Shown here piece after piece: positions 34,015 through 45,283 of a DNA stretch of 64,000 nucleotides (positions are counted from its first letter, which is position 1; each line of letters opens with the position of its first letter). The notes under the pieces were generated by a model. It was not told the origin of the DNA. It saw only the letters and a list, made by a program, of their open reading frames with translations, and made no database searches. This DNA comes from Vicugna vicugna (lineage: Eukaryota), in contig MU060042.1 in NCBI GenBank assembly GCA_013265495.1, forward strand, positions 4,708,258 through 4,772,257, written 5' to 3'. Position numbers and translations under genes: made by a program.

Positions 34015-36089
34015 TGGCAGCTGTGAATTCCTGGTGGGGACCCAGCATCTCTGCCTCCTTCCCCAGCGCTGGCCAGAGGGCGGGCAGAGCAGGAAGTCAC
34101 GACACAGGACCTCTGGGGTCTACACCCGCCGCAGGGCTGCCGGTTCCGGGAGGGCGGCGGGCCAGGGGTGTGAGGACATGGGGCTGAGTTGTGGGGGGAT
34201 GCGAGTCGGGGGCAGGGGGAGCCCGGCTCTCTGGGCAGCAGCTCCCACAAGAGGCCAGAGTTGGGGGGATGAGTGGGCGACCTCTCCCCACGGGTCCCCT
34301 CCCTATTAACAGGTCAGCAGCCAGCTCCCTGGAACAGGCAGCTTTCCATCGACTCTCTCCTAAGTGACAAAAAAGCCTCCCAGAATTACGGCAGAAACAC
34401 ACCAGGCAGTAAACAGCAGGTCACGAGCTCATGCGATTTTTTTTTCTCTTCTGGTTTAAGTTTAAACGCTACGTGACACGCCAGAGCACTCCCTCTAAAA
34501 GGCCTCAAATATTTTCAATCCAGTTACAAAAAAGAAAAGAAAGGAGCCCTTACATGTGGCAACTGCCTACAGGAACCACTGGTCTTAAACTCCCGATTCT
34601 TCTTGGTTTTAAATCATCAGATTAGGCTTCAGAAAACAAACGCGTAGGCGTGGGCTCGCCTGTTGCTCAACAATCTGACTTCAGTAAAATTATACAGATG
34701 AGAAAGATGTTTTGGTGTTTTCAGCGTCAGTGACAGGAAAGAGACTGCCAGCCACGCAGAGGTTTTTTAGAAGCAAGTTGCAAATCAGTCGCTCTGTGCC
34801 TTAAAAAGCCGCCCGTTGACAGGACGGAGCTTTTTGAGAAGGGCTGTTTTTCCGCTTTCACTTTCTGCCAAGACCACACCGTCCTGGTGCAGACGCTGCC
34901 CACACCCATGGTCTTCAGTCACCGAACACCCCCTCGGCTCAGAGCCACTGTTATCTTAACAAGGGGATCATCGATAACGCAGTTCACACCCCAGTTACAG
35001 AAAATAACAGGGGATCCCCATTCAAGACTCACTAGAACCAGTCCCACGTGTGTAAGACCTTCCAACAGGGAGGGGGGAACTCCAAATCAATGGTAACGCT
35101 GTGAAAATGCCGATCCCCCGGCTTCACCTGGGGACTGAAATCACTAGGAGAAAAACTGCATCACATTGTTTGACATAAAACCATGTTTTGTCTTAGGTGT
35201 TTAAACACTTGAAGCTAAGATATGAACACAAACAGCGTGCAATCACTTATTGACTTTACACCGATGGCTTGAGAGCAAATTATGGAAAATTACCCACGTG
35301 GCTGACCCAGAAATGAAGGCCAAGTTCAAATCAGAGGAGGACCTGCTGCTGCTAAGTCCACTGTTACTAACAAAGCCTGCACTCAGAACCTCGGCCGCGG
35401 GTCGCGGGCTGCAGTGTAACGTGGTTCAGCCCAGCGGACGTTTATGAAGCTCTTCTGTGCGTGAGCGTGAGGTGGGGGGCCCACATGACGTTCTGATGAA
35501 CCGTCACCTGCCTCGAGTTCAAGGACAGAAAAGTGGAGTGGGTAACCTCTCCCCCTGTAGACTCGGTGGGGCCACGGTCCTGCACACACCATCGGACCCG
35601 TCTCCTCATCTGAACTGCGTCTTCAGTGGGCAGAGAGAAAGCCGTCAGATGCCCGGTGACGGTGCTGTGACTGTCACCTGTTTGCGCGGCTCGGGGAGGG
35701 GCGGGGAGGACTGAGGACCACGGTCCCTGACCATCAAACAGAGGACCCTGGTGAATAAGGTGGAAGACTGCGAGATTGAGGCTACAGGCACACAGACGCC
35801 ATTTTGAGCGGTTTTTACTGGCATTTCTCCCCTTTTCTCTCCCGTATTTCCAAACGCCCTACAGTGGCGTTGCGGAGAGGGGCCAGTCACAGTAAGGCCG
35901 CGGTGCATCTGCAGTCCTGGCCCAGGATTCGGGTTTGAGCTGCGTGCTCAGGGCCAGCGGTCCAAGCCCTGGAGCTTTCTAAAGGAGGAGGGTAATGAGC
36001 CGACAGTCAGAGCGGAAGCCCTGGTGGCCACGGGGTGTAAGCACGGAGGACTCGCGGGTCGGAAGGCCTTTGAGCCAACTCCCTTTTAC

Positions 36090-36140
36090 CTTATTTCCCT
36101 TTTCGGCACTTAAGTCTCGCTTCCCGGAGTGGTTCCCCAT
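36090..36140 (-). CDS. MBP: Golli-MBP exon 2, coding part: MGNHSGKRDLSAEKGNK (17 aa). The whole exon is 36090-36165, including 25 nt of 5'UTR.
   Basis: The minus strand reads ctctgtttctttcag|CATCTGAAGACCTTGTCGGCTCAGG ATG GGG AAC CAC TCC GGG AAG CGA GAC TTA AGT GCC GAA AAG GGA AAT AAG|gtaaaa. It has canonical AG/GT ends, a phase-0 exit and a strong Kozak context (A at -3, G at +4). It matches the mouse Golli N-terminus MGNHSGKRELSAEKASK. It is too short to appear in the ORF track. Confidence 0.96.
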
Positions 36141-38054
36141 CCTGAGCCGACAAGGTCTTCAGATGCTGAAAGAAACAGAGGGGCCGTTAGCCGGAAACCT
36201 GGCATTTTCAGAGTGTCCGACATCATTTCTCACTCACAACAACAATCCCATTTGACGTGCTGTGCCCATTTCTGAGAAAAGGAAATGAAAGCCCCCAAAC
36301 TCAAGGAGCACCCCAAGGCTCATGGCGGAGCCCCAAGGTCTTCTGATCCCTGGAAAGAGCTAGAAAGCAGGAACTCTGCCCAAACCTGAATTCTGTGCAG
36401 TGACAAACACGGTTCAGGTGTTTCGTCACCGATACAGAAAACCAGCCCATCTCCAAGGCCTCGGGGACAGACACACGCGGGAGGGGTGCCTCATAGTCAG
36501 GTGTCACAGCGAGAGGGGCAGAGGCGCAGAAAAGTGCCAACGCTCGGAATGATGAAAACCAGAAGCTCGCTGCTTCGGGGACCGTGTGGGCGCAGAAACA
36601 GCAGGACCCAACCGAGGACTGCTTATCCCACCAGCATCCTAAGAATCTGCAGAGTTCGTGGGGCAAATAAAGTTGGATTTCAAAAAAGCGTGCATCCCTC
36701 ATTTGTATTTTCTATCCCAAACCATAGCAGCAAATTTATTATTTTTTTCCCAGTAAGGCACGAAACTGAAGACTTTAGCCAAGCCCATCCACACAGACCC
36801 CTCATCCCACCCACATCCCTGGACCTGAACAAGCCACAGGGCCACTTGCACACCACCTTAAGCCCATCACCTGGCTGCAGGTGACAGTCTTTAAGGACAG
36901 TTGCAAAGTGGAATCATCCATGATGTATTCTTTTCAAAGAATGTGTGAGCACCAGCTCCCTGCCGAACAAGGAAAGGTAACAAAATGAATCAGCTCCTAA
37001 ACATGGGAGAGATTTCTGAAATATTACAAATTCCTGAACGAAAGGCAAGTTCTGTGTCCCGAAGTCACTTCTGTAGAAAAGCGGGAATTACCCAGCATCG
37101 GAATTTCCCCAAAGTCCCCCACATCACTGGGCAGGGGCCCTCCGCCGCGGGCTGGGAGAAGGGAATCCAGGGCGTCTTGCAGCCTCCCCTCCCGGCACCC
37201 GGCCGTGTGCAGCCCTGACCTGGTGGGGACCCCTGTCCCAGTGGGGACCCAGACAGCCCGGCGCCTGCGGAGTGGAGACCCTTCCCGCGTCATATTTGTA
37301 AATGGAAAGGGGGCAGCGGTGAGTTTCCAGTGAGGGCCCCACGCAGAAGGAGAGCCCACAAAGAGCTGCCTTTCCAACAGATGCCAGTGGGGGTGACGCG
37401 CTGGTAAATCAAAGCCACGGCTCTAGCCGCAACAAGACCCCTCCTGACGCTGAAGAGTCACCACAGGAGCGGGAAGGAAACAGGATTCAGAATGCAAGAG
37501 TTTAAAAAGGCAAGTCGGCCTTTGCAGATAATCTCAGTATTCGATGTCCCAATTTATTTACACGGGACGCCCCCAAACACCCGCATGGGGTAATCTTGTG
37601 GGGAAGATGGAGGTTTGGGGCGCACAGAGGGGTTATTTGATAAGAACGGCACAGCAAGGAAAGCCAGGCCTCGTCTGTGTCCTCGCGGGGTCTGAAGTGC
37701 ACTCAGAGGACAGGAATGTAGGACACTGGTCTGAACGCGGAGAGCAGAGCAGGGGTCCCTGGAAGTCCCACCCGTGACCCCGTGGAAAGTCTGAGCAAGT
37801 ACTGATTATGCACACTGTGTACCTAACACACAGAACAGCAAGGCCTAGAACGTCTGTGGCTCCACCTCCCTCTTTAAGAAATAAGAATTGGTGCATTTGA
37901 AACTAAACGCAGGCAAAAATAGTTAACTTCCTTTCAAGTTGACAGCTTGGCCTTTTGAGGGTTTTTCCAGTCCAGGCATAAAGAGCCAAGTGGGAGCATC
38001 TTCATTCTCATCTGGGCAGCGTCTGGGAGCCAGGGACCTCCAGCCTGGGGGCCC

Positions 38055-38132
38055 CTGCCTCCTCCTGTCTCCTCCCCTCCCCTCCTCAGTCATCTCCCCC
38101 CCCCTCCATCTCCCCTCCCCTCTCCTCCTTCT
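38055..38132. repeat. Polypyrimidine (CT-rich) low-complexity tract
   Basis: CCTCCTCCTGTCTCCTCCCCTCCCCTCCTCAGTCATCTCCCCCCCCTCCATCTCCCCTCCCCTCTCCTCCTTCTC. Confidence 0.8.
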
Positions 38133-39469
38133 CATTATTACCCCAGCATAATGCTCCTTCCTTCCAGAAAACGAATCTCTGAGGATTTACCCTAAACCCT
38201 CTGAAGAGTGTGGGACGTGTAACTATTTGGGGGGCTGCTTGTGGCCGAGAGGAGAGCCAGTTTTGGACCAAGGACTTAGAAGCACAGCTGACCACACCGC
38301 GAGCTGCCCGCACTGCTCCTGGGACGGAGGGCGCGCTCCCTCCCAGCCAGCGCGCCTGCTCAGAGCTTTGTCAGCCGCAAAGCCGAGCTTCAGGTCACAC
38401 TTGGGAGGAGTGCTTGTGAAATAGTTTAGAAACCAGTATTTAGAAAACGCAAGACTAGAACACAGAAGAGATCAAAATAACAAAAGTCCGGGTCAGACTT
38501 CTGAGTGTGCGCAAGCTAGTGAGACTGCTCTGCGGGCTCAGATGTGCAGAAAGAGTTTATTTTACAAGCATCGTTTTGAGTTGGCAGATCCCAGCCTCAA
38601 AGGCACATCTACACACTGGCAGGAAAAGGAAGACAAGAAAAACGCAGCGACGAGTCTTCGATTAGGGCCCTGCCCCCGAGCAGCCGTGTTCCGAGCCTCG
38701 GTGCTGGAGGTGCGCGGGGCCGCCCTGCGGCGGGCGTGGCGCGGAGGACGTGGCCCAGCGCGACCCTGCGCAGCCCCGCCGTGGGGACATGGGGGCGGCC
38801 CCCCAGCTGCGCTCCGTCACATGCGGGAGTGAGCCGTCTGCGGACGGCGGAGCTGGACGTTTGGACGTCGCCTGCGTTTCATTTCATTCTTGCAGTCAGT
38901 CCAGTTGAGAGAGCGAGGGGACGCCTCGGTAAATGCGCGGAAGGTGCCGGGAGAGCAGGCGGACCCCGGAGGGCCCCGGGCAGCTGTGCCGCCGTCTGCG
39001 AGATGCTGAAGGAGGACCGCGGCGGGAGGGGCGGGGGGCCGGGCGGGGAGCAGCGAGGGCTGCAGGCGCACCTGCCGCGCGCTCCTTGGGCGGGAGTCCG
39101 CGCCCTCGGGAGGTTCCTGAACAGCCACCGGGTAGCGAGCGTTTCCGCCGCGTCCTCATGGCCGTCCGAACTTCGTGTCGTCGAGGGGGTGAAAATGAAA
39201 GTCAGCAAGCGAGATTCGCCGGGGAGAACCGGCTCAACCGCCGCGCCACCCATTTCAGCGACACGCCCCCGCGGCAGCGGGGCCGCCACGGGGTGCCCCG
39301 GTGAGGGCGCGCGGGGCTTGCCTTGCGCCGGAGGCCGCTCGGATGGAGGGGCTGCCCGACGCGGAAGCGCGGGGCGCGGCTTCCAGCGTTTGGACCCGCT
39401 GCCGCCCACGAGAGGCCCTAACTGTCAGAGAGCAGCGTGGCGGATGAGCCAGGCCCTCATCCGGGCTCC

Positions 39470-39572
39470 TGCTGGTGACCCGGGCGAGTTACTCCACCTC
39501 TCCGAACCTCAGTTTCCCGTAAAGTGGGAGGAATGAAAGTCCCTCACTGTGCTGTGGTCAGAATGAAAGAGG
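39470..39572. mobile_element. MIR SINE remnant
   Basis: GTGACCCGGGCGAGTTACTCCACCTCTCCGAACCTCAGTTTCCCGTAAAGTGGGAGGAATG. Confidence 0.6.
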
Positions 39573-39580
39573 GGCTGCTC

Positions 39581-39616
39581 GGGTTGGGGTCAGGGTTAGG
39601 GTCAGGGTCGGGGTCT
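39581..39616 (+). repeat. Telomere-variant hexamer array (GGGTYN)6
   Basis: GGGTTG GGGTCA GGGTTA GGGTCA GGGTCG GGGTCT. Confidence 0.8.
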
Positions 39617-40554
39617 CGGATGGAGGCCTTCTCTATCCCACAGTAAGTCTACTGAGACAGAAATCTCACGGTGATCCCGTTGTCAGTAAAAACGCACGTG
39701 AAAGTACCTCAGAAGCAGGCAGCTGAGCATTTCAGCGTCCCCAGCCGTGCGCGAAGTGCGGGGCTGTCTGCGTCCCCGCCTCTTGTCTCTCCGCGCACCG
39801 CCCGCGTGGTCTCGCCCGGAACCGCACGGGTCGCGGCGCCCCCTGTGCCGGGGCGGCAGGGCTGGGCGCGGGCCTGCTGCTCGCAGGCCCGGGGCTGCGA
39901 GGCGAGCTCACAGGCACACCCTGGAGCGCTCACCGTGCCATGTGCGCGTCGCTGCGTTCGGGCCCCTTGGGAGCCGCTGTCCGGCTGCGTTTACGTCCAC
40001 GTTCCGGGAGGCGGTCTCATCCTCACAGGCTTGTGGCTCTTTTGGCTTTGGCATCGTCAGATTTTGTTGATTGTACAACAGTTTTTCCCCCTCGGGGTCC
40101 ACGTTCCAGAAAGCAATCCTAAAGTTAATGTTTCCACAGGGACACGGTTAATTTTACAGGGATTTGCTTTATCCCTTAAGTCGTGGAATTACAGGAGTAA
40201 CCCTGAAAGCTTTAGTCCCGCTGTTCAGTTGAGAAAGGAAAGTTTGAAAGACTCAGCTGCAACGATGCCTCTAGGAATATACCTGCGTTAAAAAGCGGGA
40301 TAAGCTGGGTGTTATTTACACTATGAGTATGTCCTGTGTGGGAAGAAGTGTGCCCCGTAGGTCTGGGGCATCGCCCATCTCTAGATGATTAGCAGCGCGA
40401 GGAAGGGAAGACGCTGACGGGTAGCCTTGACAAGATAGCTGAATGGTGGCAACTTGTTCTTTATAAACACCTGCACGTAGACACACAATTTAACAAGGAA
40501 GATGGCCCTGACTTTCAGAATTTCCTACCTAACATCTTGCAATAACTGCTGGTG

Positions 40555-40670
40555 AGAAGTGAACACAAGGAATTGTGTGGGTTTTAGTTCCATGCCTGCC
40601 AGTAATTGTCTACTGCAGAGCTTAGCAGATTTAATTCTCTGAGTTTCTGATTTCTCAGTTGTAAAAACAG
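40555..40670. mobile_element. MIR SINE remnant
   Basis: The reverse strand GAGAAATCAGAAACTCAGAGAATTAAATCTGCTAAG...GGCATGGAACTAAAACCCA resembles MIR GAGGAAACTGAGGCTCAGAGAGGTTAAGTAACTTGCCCAAG...GGATTCAAACCCAGG. Confidence 0.5.
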
Positions 40671-42160
40671 AGACCATGACACCTGCAGTGCGGCTTAGAG
40701 GCCTCAAGAGAGTCATAGACTCGAACCCGCAGCCCCTGACAGCACAACCGCACGGCCACCGCGCCCTCCCTTCCCGGGAGGACGGCTCGCACGTTACACG
40801 GGGCAACCAACCACCAGAGGAGACCAGTAAGGAGTTAGTCATGACCACATACACCTCACCTCATAAGGACATTCAGCTAATACACTGCTCCACAATCAGT
40901 GGTGAACCGGGGGGGGGGGTGTCTGTTTTTCTCATCCAGCGTGGGTGCAATTATTCATGGACAATAGATCGGAGTGATCGTTTGCTTTGTCCTGCTGGCA
41001 CGCGGGCAAGTGTGAGCACTGACAGAGAGGCCCTCGTGGGATGTCATCTGCGGGGAGGGGCTGAGAAGGGCCCGGGGCTGAGGTCTCCCCGGGTCACAGG
41101 GGTGGGTCGAGTGAGGGAGCCCACAGCGAGCGTTCAGGGATCTCCCCACTGGACTCTGGGCAGCACCTTCCCAGCCGAGAGGGAAGACCACGGCCGCGGT
41201 CAGGGGCCGGATGCCGGCCAACGAGGGATGGAGGGATGCGAAGCCGGGCACTGACCCTGGGGGGCATCCAGCAGGGGGTGGTTCCTTTTCAAGGAAAGTG
41301 GAAAAGAAGGTCCTGAGGGAAGGGAAGGGTACTGGAACATCCATTCCTGGGCAGGACCATAAGGCCGGCACTGGGGCTCCAACCACGAGCTGAAGACACT
41401 GCCTCTACCAGCCACGGGAAATCTCACAACCTGCCCCACAAGGACGGCTTTCAAACAATTTTAAATTTAAGTAATTCAGGCAGTGCATAATGGAGACGTG
41501 AAGTCAGCGTTATGGACAGAGGTGTGGGCGGGGGACCGTCCCAGGGAGGGTGGAGGGGGCGGGCGCAGCCTGAGCTTACCCTGAATTTCTGACTCCACAC
41601 GTCAGCCTCAGGGTGGTCCGCTGGCTTTCCTCCCCCTCCCTCTGTAGGTAGCACATTCCCACCGTCTAAGGGAAGCTCCTCAAGGGCCCAGACCCTCCCA
41701 CTTCCTCCCGGGCTGATGACTCACTCGTGTCTGCGAGACAAGTCAGACCCCTCACCAACCGCGCAGGCGCCGCCCCCGCCGCCCCCGGGAGGGGCGCTCA
41801 GATGCCCTCCCTCACTTCACATTCAGATCTGGGGGCAGCGGCAGTCAGAGAGCCCACAGTCTGCGCACAGGGGGCCACTTGTAAGGTTCTTTTTCTCAGT
41901 ATCTTAGAAGCAACATAGAAAACACACTGCAATAATGGTGACAGTTTTATAAAGCTTTCCATCTGCCTTTCCTCAATATAGACTGTACAAAATCTTTATT
42001 GATGGCCTATTCTTGGTCCAAACAAATATGCTGTTTTCATTGCATTTGGTGTCAAATACAGGAGATGAACCAGAACACACATTTCAAAGGCAGTGTAGTA
42101 ACTCTGTGCTGGGAGAGGGCACACTACCCGACCCTGGAGGCCAGGACGCCCTTCCCAGGG

Positions 42161-42608
42161 TGTGGTGTGCTGCACTGTGTCCCCTGAAAAGATATGACCA
42201 TGTCCTAAACCCCAGGACGTGCGACCGTAACATTAGGACAGAGGATCTTTGCAAATGGAATCCAGTTAGGAGGAGGTTGTACTGGGTTGGGGTGGACCCC
42301 ATCCAAAGACTGGTGTCCTTGGCGGAGAAAGGGGCGGGGGACAGACACAGAGGAGCTGGGGAGAAACGCCACGTGGTGACAGAGGCAGAGACCAGAGAGA
42401 CGTGTCTACAAGGAGACGGATGCCACGGCCTGTGGGCAGTGTCAGAGCCTGGAAGGGCTAAAAGGCCCCCCGGAGCCCTCAGAGGGTGCCTGGCCCTGAG
42501 AAGCCTTGGGTTTGGAATTCTGGCCTCCAGAGATGTGAGTGAAGACACTTCCATTTTGAGCCAAAGTGTCAGTGGTCTTTGGTTACAGGAGCCACAGGAA
42601 ACTCATGC
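42161..42608 (+). mobile_element. MaLR solo LTR (MLT1B/C-like), near full length
   Basis: Starts TGTGGTGTGCTGCACTGTGTCCCCTGAAAAGATATG, contains GGATCTTTGCAAATG and TTCTGGCCTCCAGAG, and ends GTTACAGGAGCCACAGGAAACTCATGC. Confidence 0.85.
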
Positions 42609-42934
42609 CCAGGGAGAGTGACACGTGGATGGAGGCCGACAGGGTGAGCAGAAGGGGCAGGTAGAGATGCTGTGGGAAGCAGGGGGAGAGCCTGGGTGGA
42701 GGGCATGGCATGTGCAAAGGCCCTGAGGTAGGAGAGACCATGGGTGTGACAGGGAAGTGCCTGAGCATCAGGAATCCGCGGAGGAACAGGACACTCCGGG
42801 CGGCACCACTACAGTCTTCCCTGCAGGAGACGTGTGGTGCCCCTTCACCCACTTTTGGGAGGAATCCAGTCCTGCTGGGAGGAGCAAGCTTCCCCAGTGC
42901 CGTGGTCCCTGGATGAAGAGCTCCCGGAACCCTG

Positions 42935-43275
42935 TGCTACAGACCGAATGCCTGTGTCCTCCCCAAATCCATGCCCCCAGATGATGGCATCCAGCAGGGG
43001 GCCTTCGGAGATGCGTAGGTCTGAGGACAGAACCGGCACGGACGGGGTCAGGGCCCCAGTAAAGGAGACCCCACAAAGCTCCCACTCCTGCTCCACGTGA
43101 GGACACAGAGCGGAGACACGTGTGTGAGCCAGGAATCCAGTCCTCACCAGACACCGAATCTGCTGGCCCCTGCATCTTGGGTTTGTAGCCTCCAGACAGT
43201 GAGAAATGAACGTCTGTTGTTTACAAGCCCCCGGTCTGTGGCGTCCCGTCACAGCTGCCCGCATGGACCGAGACA
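42935..43275 (+). mobile_element. MaLR solo LTR (MLT1A0-like)
   Basis: TGCTACAGACCGAATGCCTGTGTCCTCCCCAAATCCATG...CCTCACCAGACACCGAATCTGCTGGCCCC...CCTCCAGACAGTGAGAAATGAACGTCTGTTGTTTACAAGCC...GACCGAGACA. Confidence 0.88.
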
Positions 43276-44214
43276 GCCCATCAGCTCGGAGAACAGGGTA
43301 GAGGTTCACCTCAGAAGTCCCCGCCCGTCTGGAACAAGGTTCTCCCAGACAGCGAGCTGGGATCTGCCTTCCACCCGTCCTCAGGACCCCCTGCCCGGCT
43401 GGCGGCACTCAGACAGCCCCAGACACCCAACCTGGACTCACATAAGAAGCGTCTGGGAGGAAACCAGCTCTCAGATTTGGGGGCTGGGAATTTCTGCGCT
43501 GGGTGATCATGGAATGTTCACAAGCCAGTTGCCACCATCCTTTGTTTGCTCAGGCTTATCAGAGTCACAGTGCAGAGGAGCGCTGCCTTAAAGTTATCAA
43601 AAACCACTTAAAAAAGACAATGACAGGATTGCAGAAGGATGGAGCTTGATGGAGTCTGACTGGTCCCTCGAGCCTGGTGCCCAGGGTGTCGGCTGACTTG
43701 GCAGATAAAGCCGTTGCAGAACGGCAGCCAAGGACGTCTGGGTTCCCGGCTTGCCGTGCTGCTGGTACAGCCCCTTTCTCAACTCCAATGCAGCATTTTC
43801 TTAAAGGAAGAAGGAAGCAGATTAAACAATGGTTCACTAATGCTAAGTTGGATTAACTTTTAGAATTTCTTGTTCAGACATTCACGCGAGTCTATGACCA
43901 CGTAGCGTGCTTAGCTTTTTGTAGCTCCTGCAAGGAAAGCTGAAATTGTCCGTGTGAAAGCAGAGGGTCCCAGGAAAGTGGCCTTGCTGGGTAACGGGCA
44001 CTCCAGGCCTGCAGTCGCGTGGAGACAGCCTTTCTGATGCTTGGGAGTGGGGTTCAGGGGCAAGTGGGGCAGCATCTGGAGACATCCCAGTCCTGGTGGC
44101 CTAACCTGGTCACGGGCATGAACCCCGGGTCCCACTGGCCACACTGTGCACAGGCTGCCCCCCCGGGAGGACCAGCAGCTGGGCCGGGCATAGGGGTTTC
44201 AGAGAGGAAGTCCC

Positions 44215-44375
44215 AGGGCTCGAGTCCCAGAGGTGCCCGGGGTGGGCCCCTTCTGGTGGGCGCTCTTCTGCTTGCTCTGAGGTTTGGTCCCCAGTTCCTC
44301 CTTATCTGTAAACCCAGGAGGGTAAATGCTACTTCCGGGAGGGGCTGTGGAAATAACTGGTTAATATTTCACAGG
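44215..44375. mobile_element. MIR SINE remnant
   Basis: CCCCAGTTCCTCCTTATCTGTAAACCCAGGAGGGTAAATGCTACTTCCGGGAGGGGCTGTGG. Confidence 0.55.
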
Positions 44376-45029
44376 CACCTGAAGATACAAGCCCTCAGTC
44401 GAAGGAGCAGGGGACCCAGCGGGGGCTGGACTTCCGGGAGCGGCCCCGCGTGCCTGCAGCAGGGTCACCCACTGCAAAATGTGCCACTGTGCCGGTCCCC
44501 GAGGGCACACGACCAGGAACCTAGCGCTGATAACTGAGGAAACGTGACGCCCTGGGCATTGCTCCAGGCCAGAGCCAGTGCTCAAAGGCTAGAACTTGTT
44601 GAACTAAGTGTGTTTTAATCTACCTGCACAACAGATTGCAGAAGGATGGAGCAACTCACAGATTCCCTGACCTCAGGCAGGATGATGGCGCAAGAGCGGG
44701 GTGCTCGGGGAGGAATGCGCTGACTCAGCCCACGGGCTTGCAGGCGGCCTGGGGCCAAAAGAGCTACCGTCTGAGTCTCGACTGAAATAAACCAAATCTT
44801 TCTGAAAACACAGAGGACACCTGAGTTCTACGACTGCTGCTCTCAAACCTCCAGTTTCAAATCACCGACCCCGCAGTGGTCCCATGGGGGAGGGGCAGTC
44901 TCCTCTCCGGCACCATTTTCCTGGGGGGCCTCCTCCCAGAACCTTCCAGATGCTAATCAGGGAAAAGAATGTGAGCATCGTCCTCAGCCCCATCGGTCCC
45001 GCCGGCACACGCTAAGGGCTGATGTGATG

Positions 45030-45283
45030 GGCGCGCGTCTTCACACGGGCGTGCGGCATTTCAGAAGATAAAGGATGCGGGTGGGTGACAATTACAGACA
45101 CACTGCCACAAGTTTCTACCGTACAGCACAGTATATCAGTATCTTGTAACACCTCTAATGGAGAAGAATATGAAAAGGAATAGATACCTGTGCATGTATA
45201 TGTGTCACTGAATCGCTTTGCTGTACACCTGGAACTGACATTGTAAGTCAACACACTTCAATAAGAAATAAAATTTTAAAAAA
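45030..45283 (+). mobile_element. LINE-1 3'UTR end fragment
   Basis: TACAGCACAGTATATCAGTATCTTGTAAC...GAATATGAAAAGGAATA...GAATCGCTTTGCTGTACACCTGGAACT...TTGTAAGTCAACACACTTCAATAAGAAATAAAA. Confidence 0.8.

Larger units (their letters stand above)
38680..40010. promoter_or_regulatory. Intragenic CpG-rich island in Golli intron 1
   Basis: Dense CpG at 38680-39450 and 39750-40010, with GC boxes and G-runs at 39024-39048. It lies 2.5-3.8 kb upstream of exon 2. Confidence 0.6.

Noticed and set aside
37500-37650. Possible additional MLT1 fragment
   Set aside because: Only a short GGCCTTTGCAGAT-type match, too diverged to call by eye.
38736-39536. 266-aa plus-strand ORF
   Set aside because: Same CpG-island artefact, with no homology recognised.
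40600-40660. ATTTAATTCTC segment initially resembling Golli exon 2 (RELN)
   Set aside because: No ATG or splice sites in frame. It is MIR-like, and the real exon 2 is at 36090-36165.
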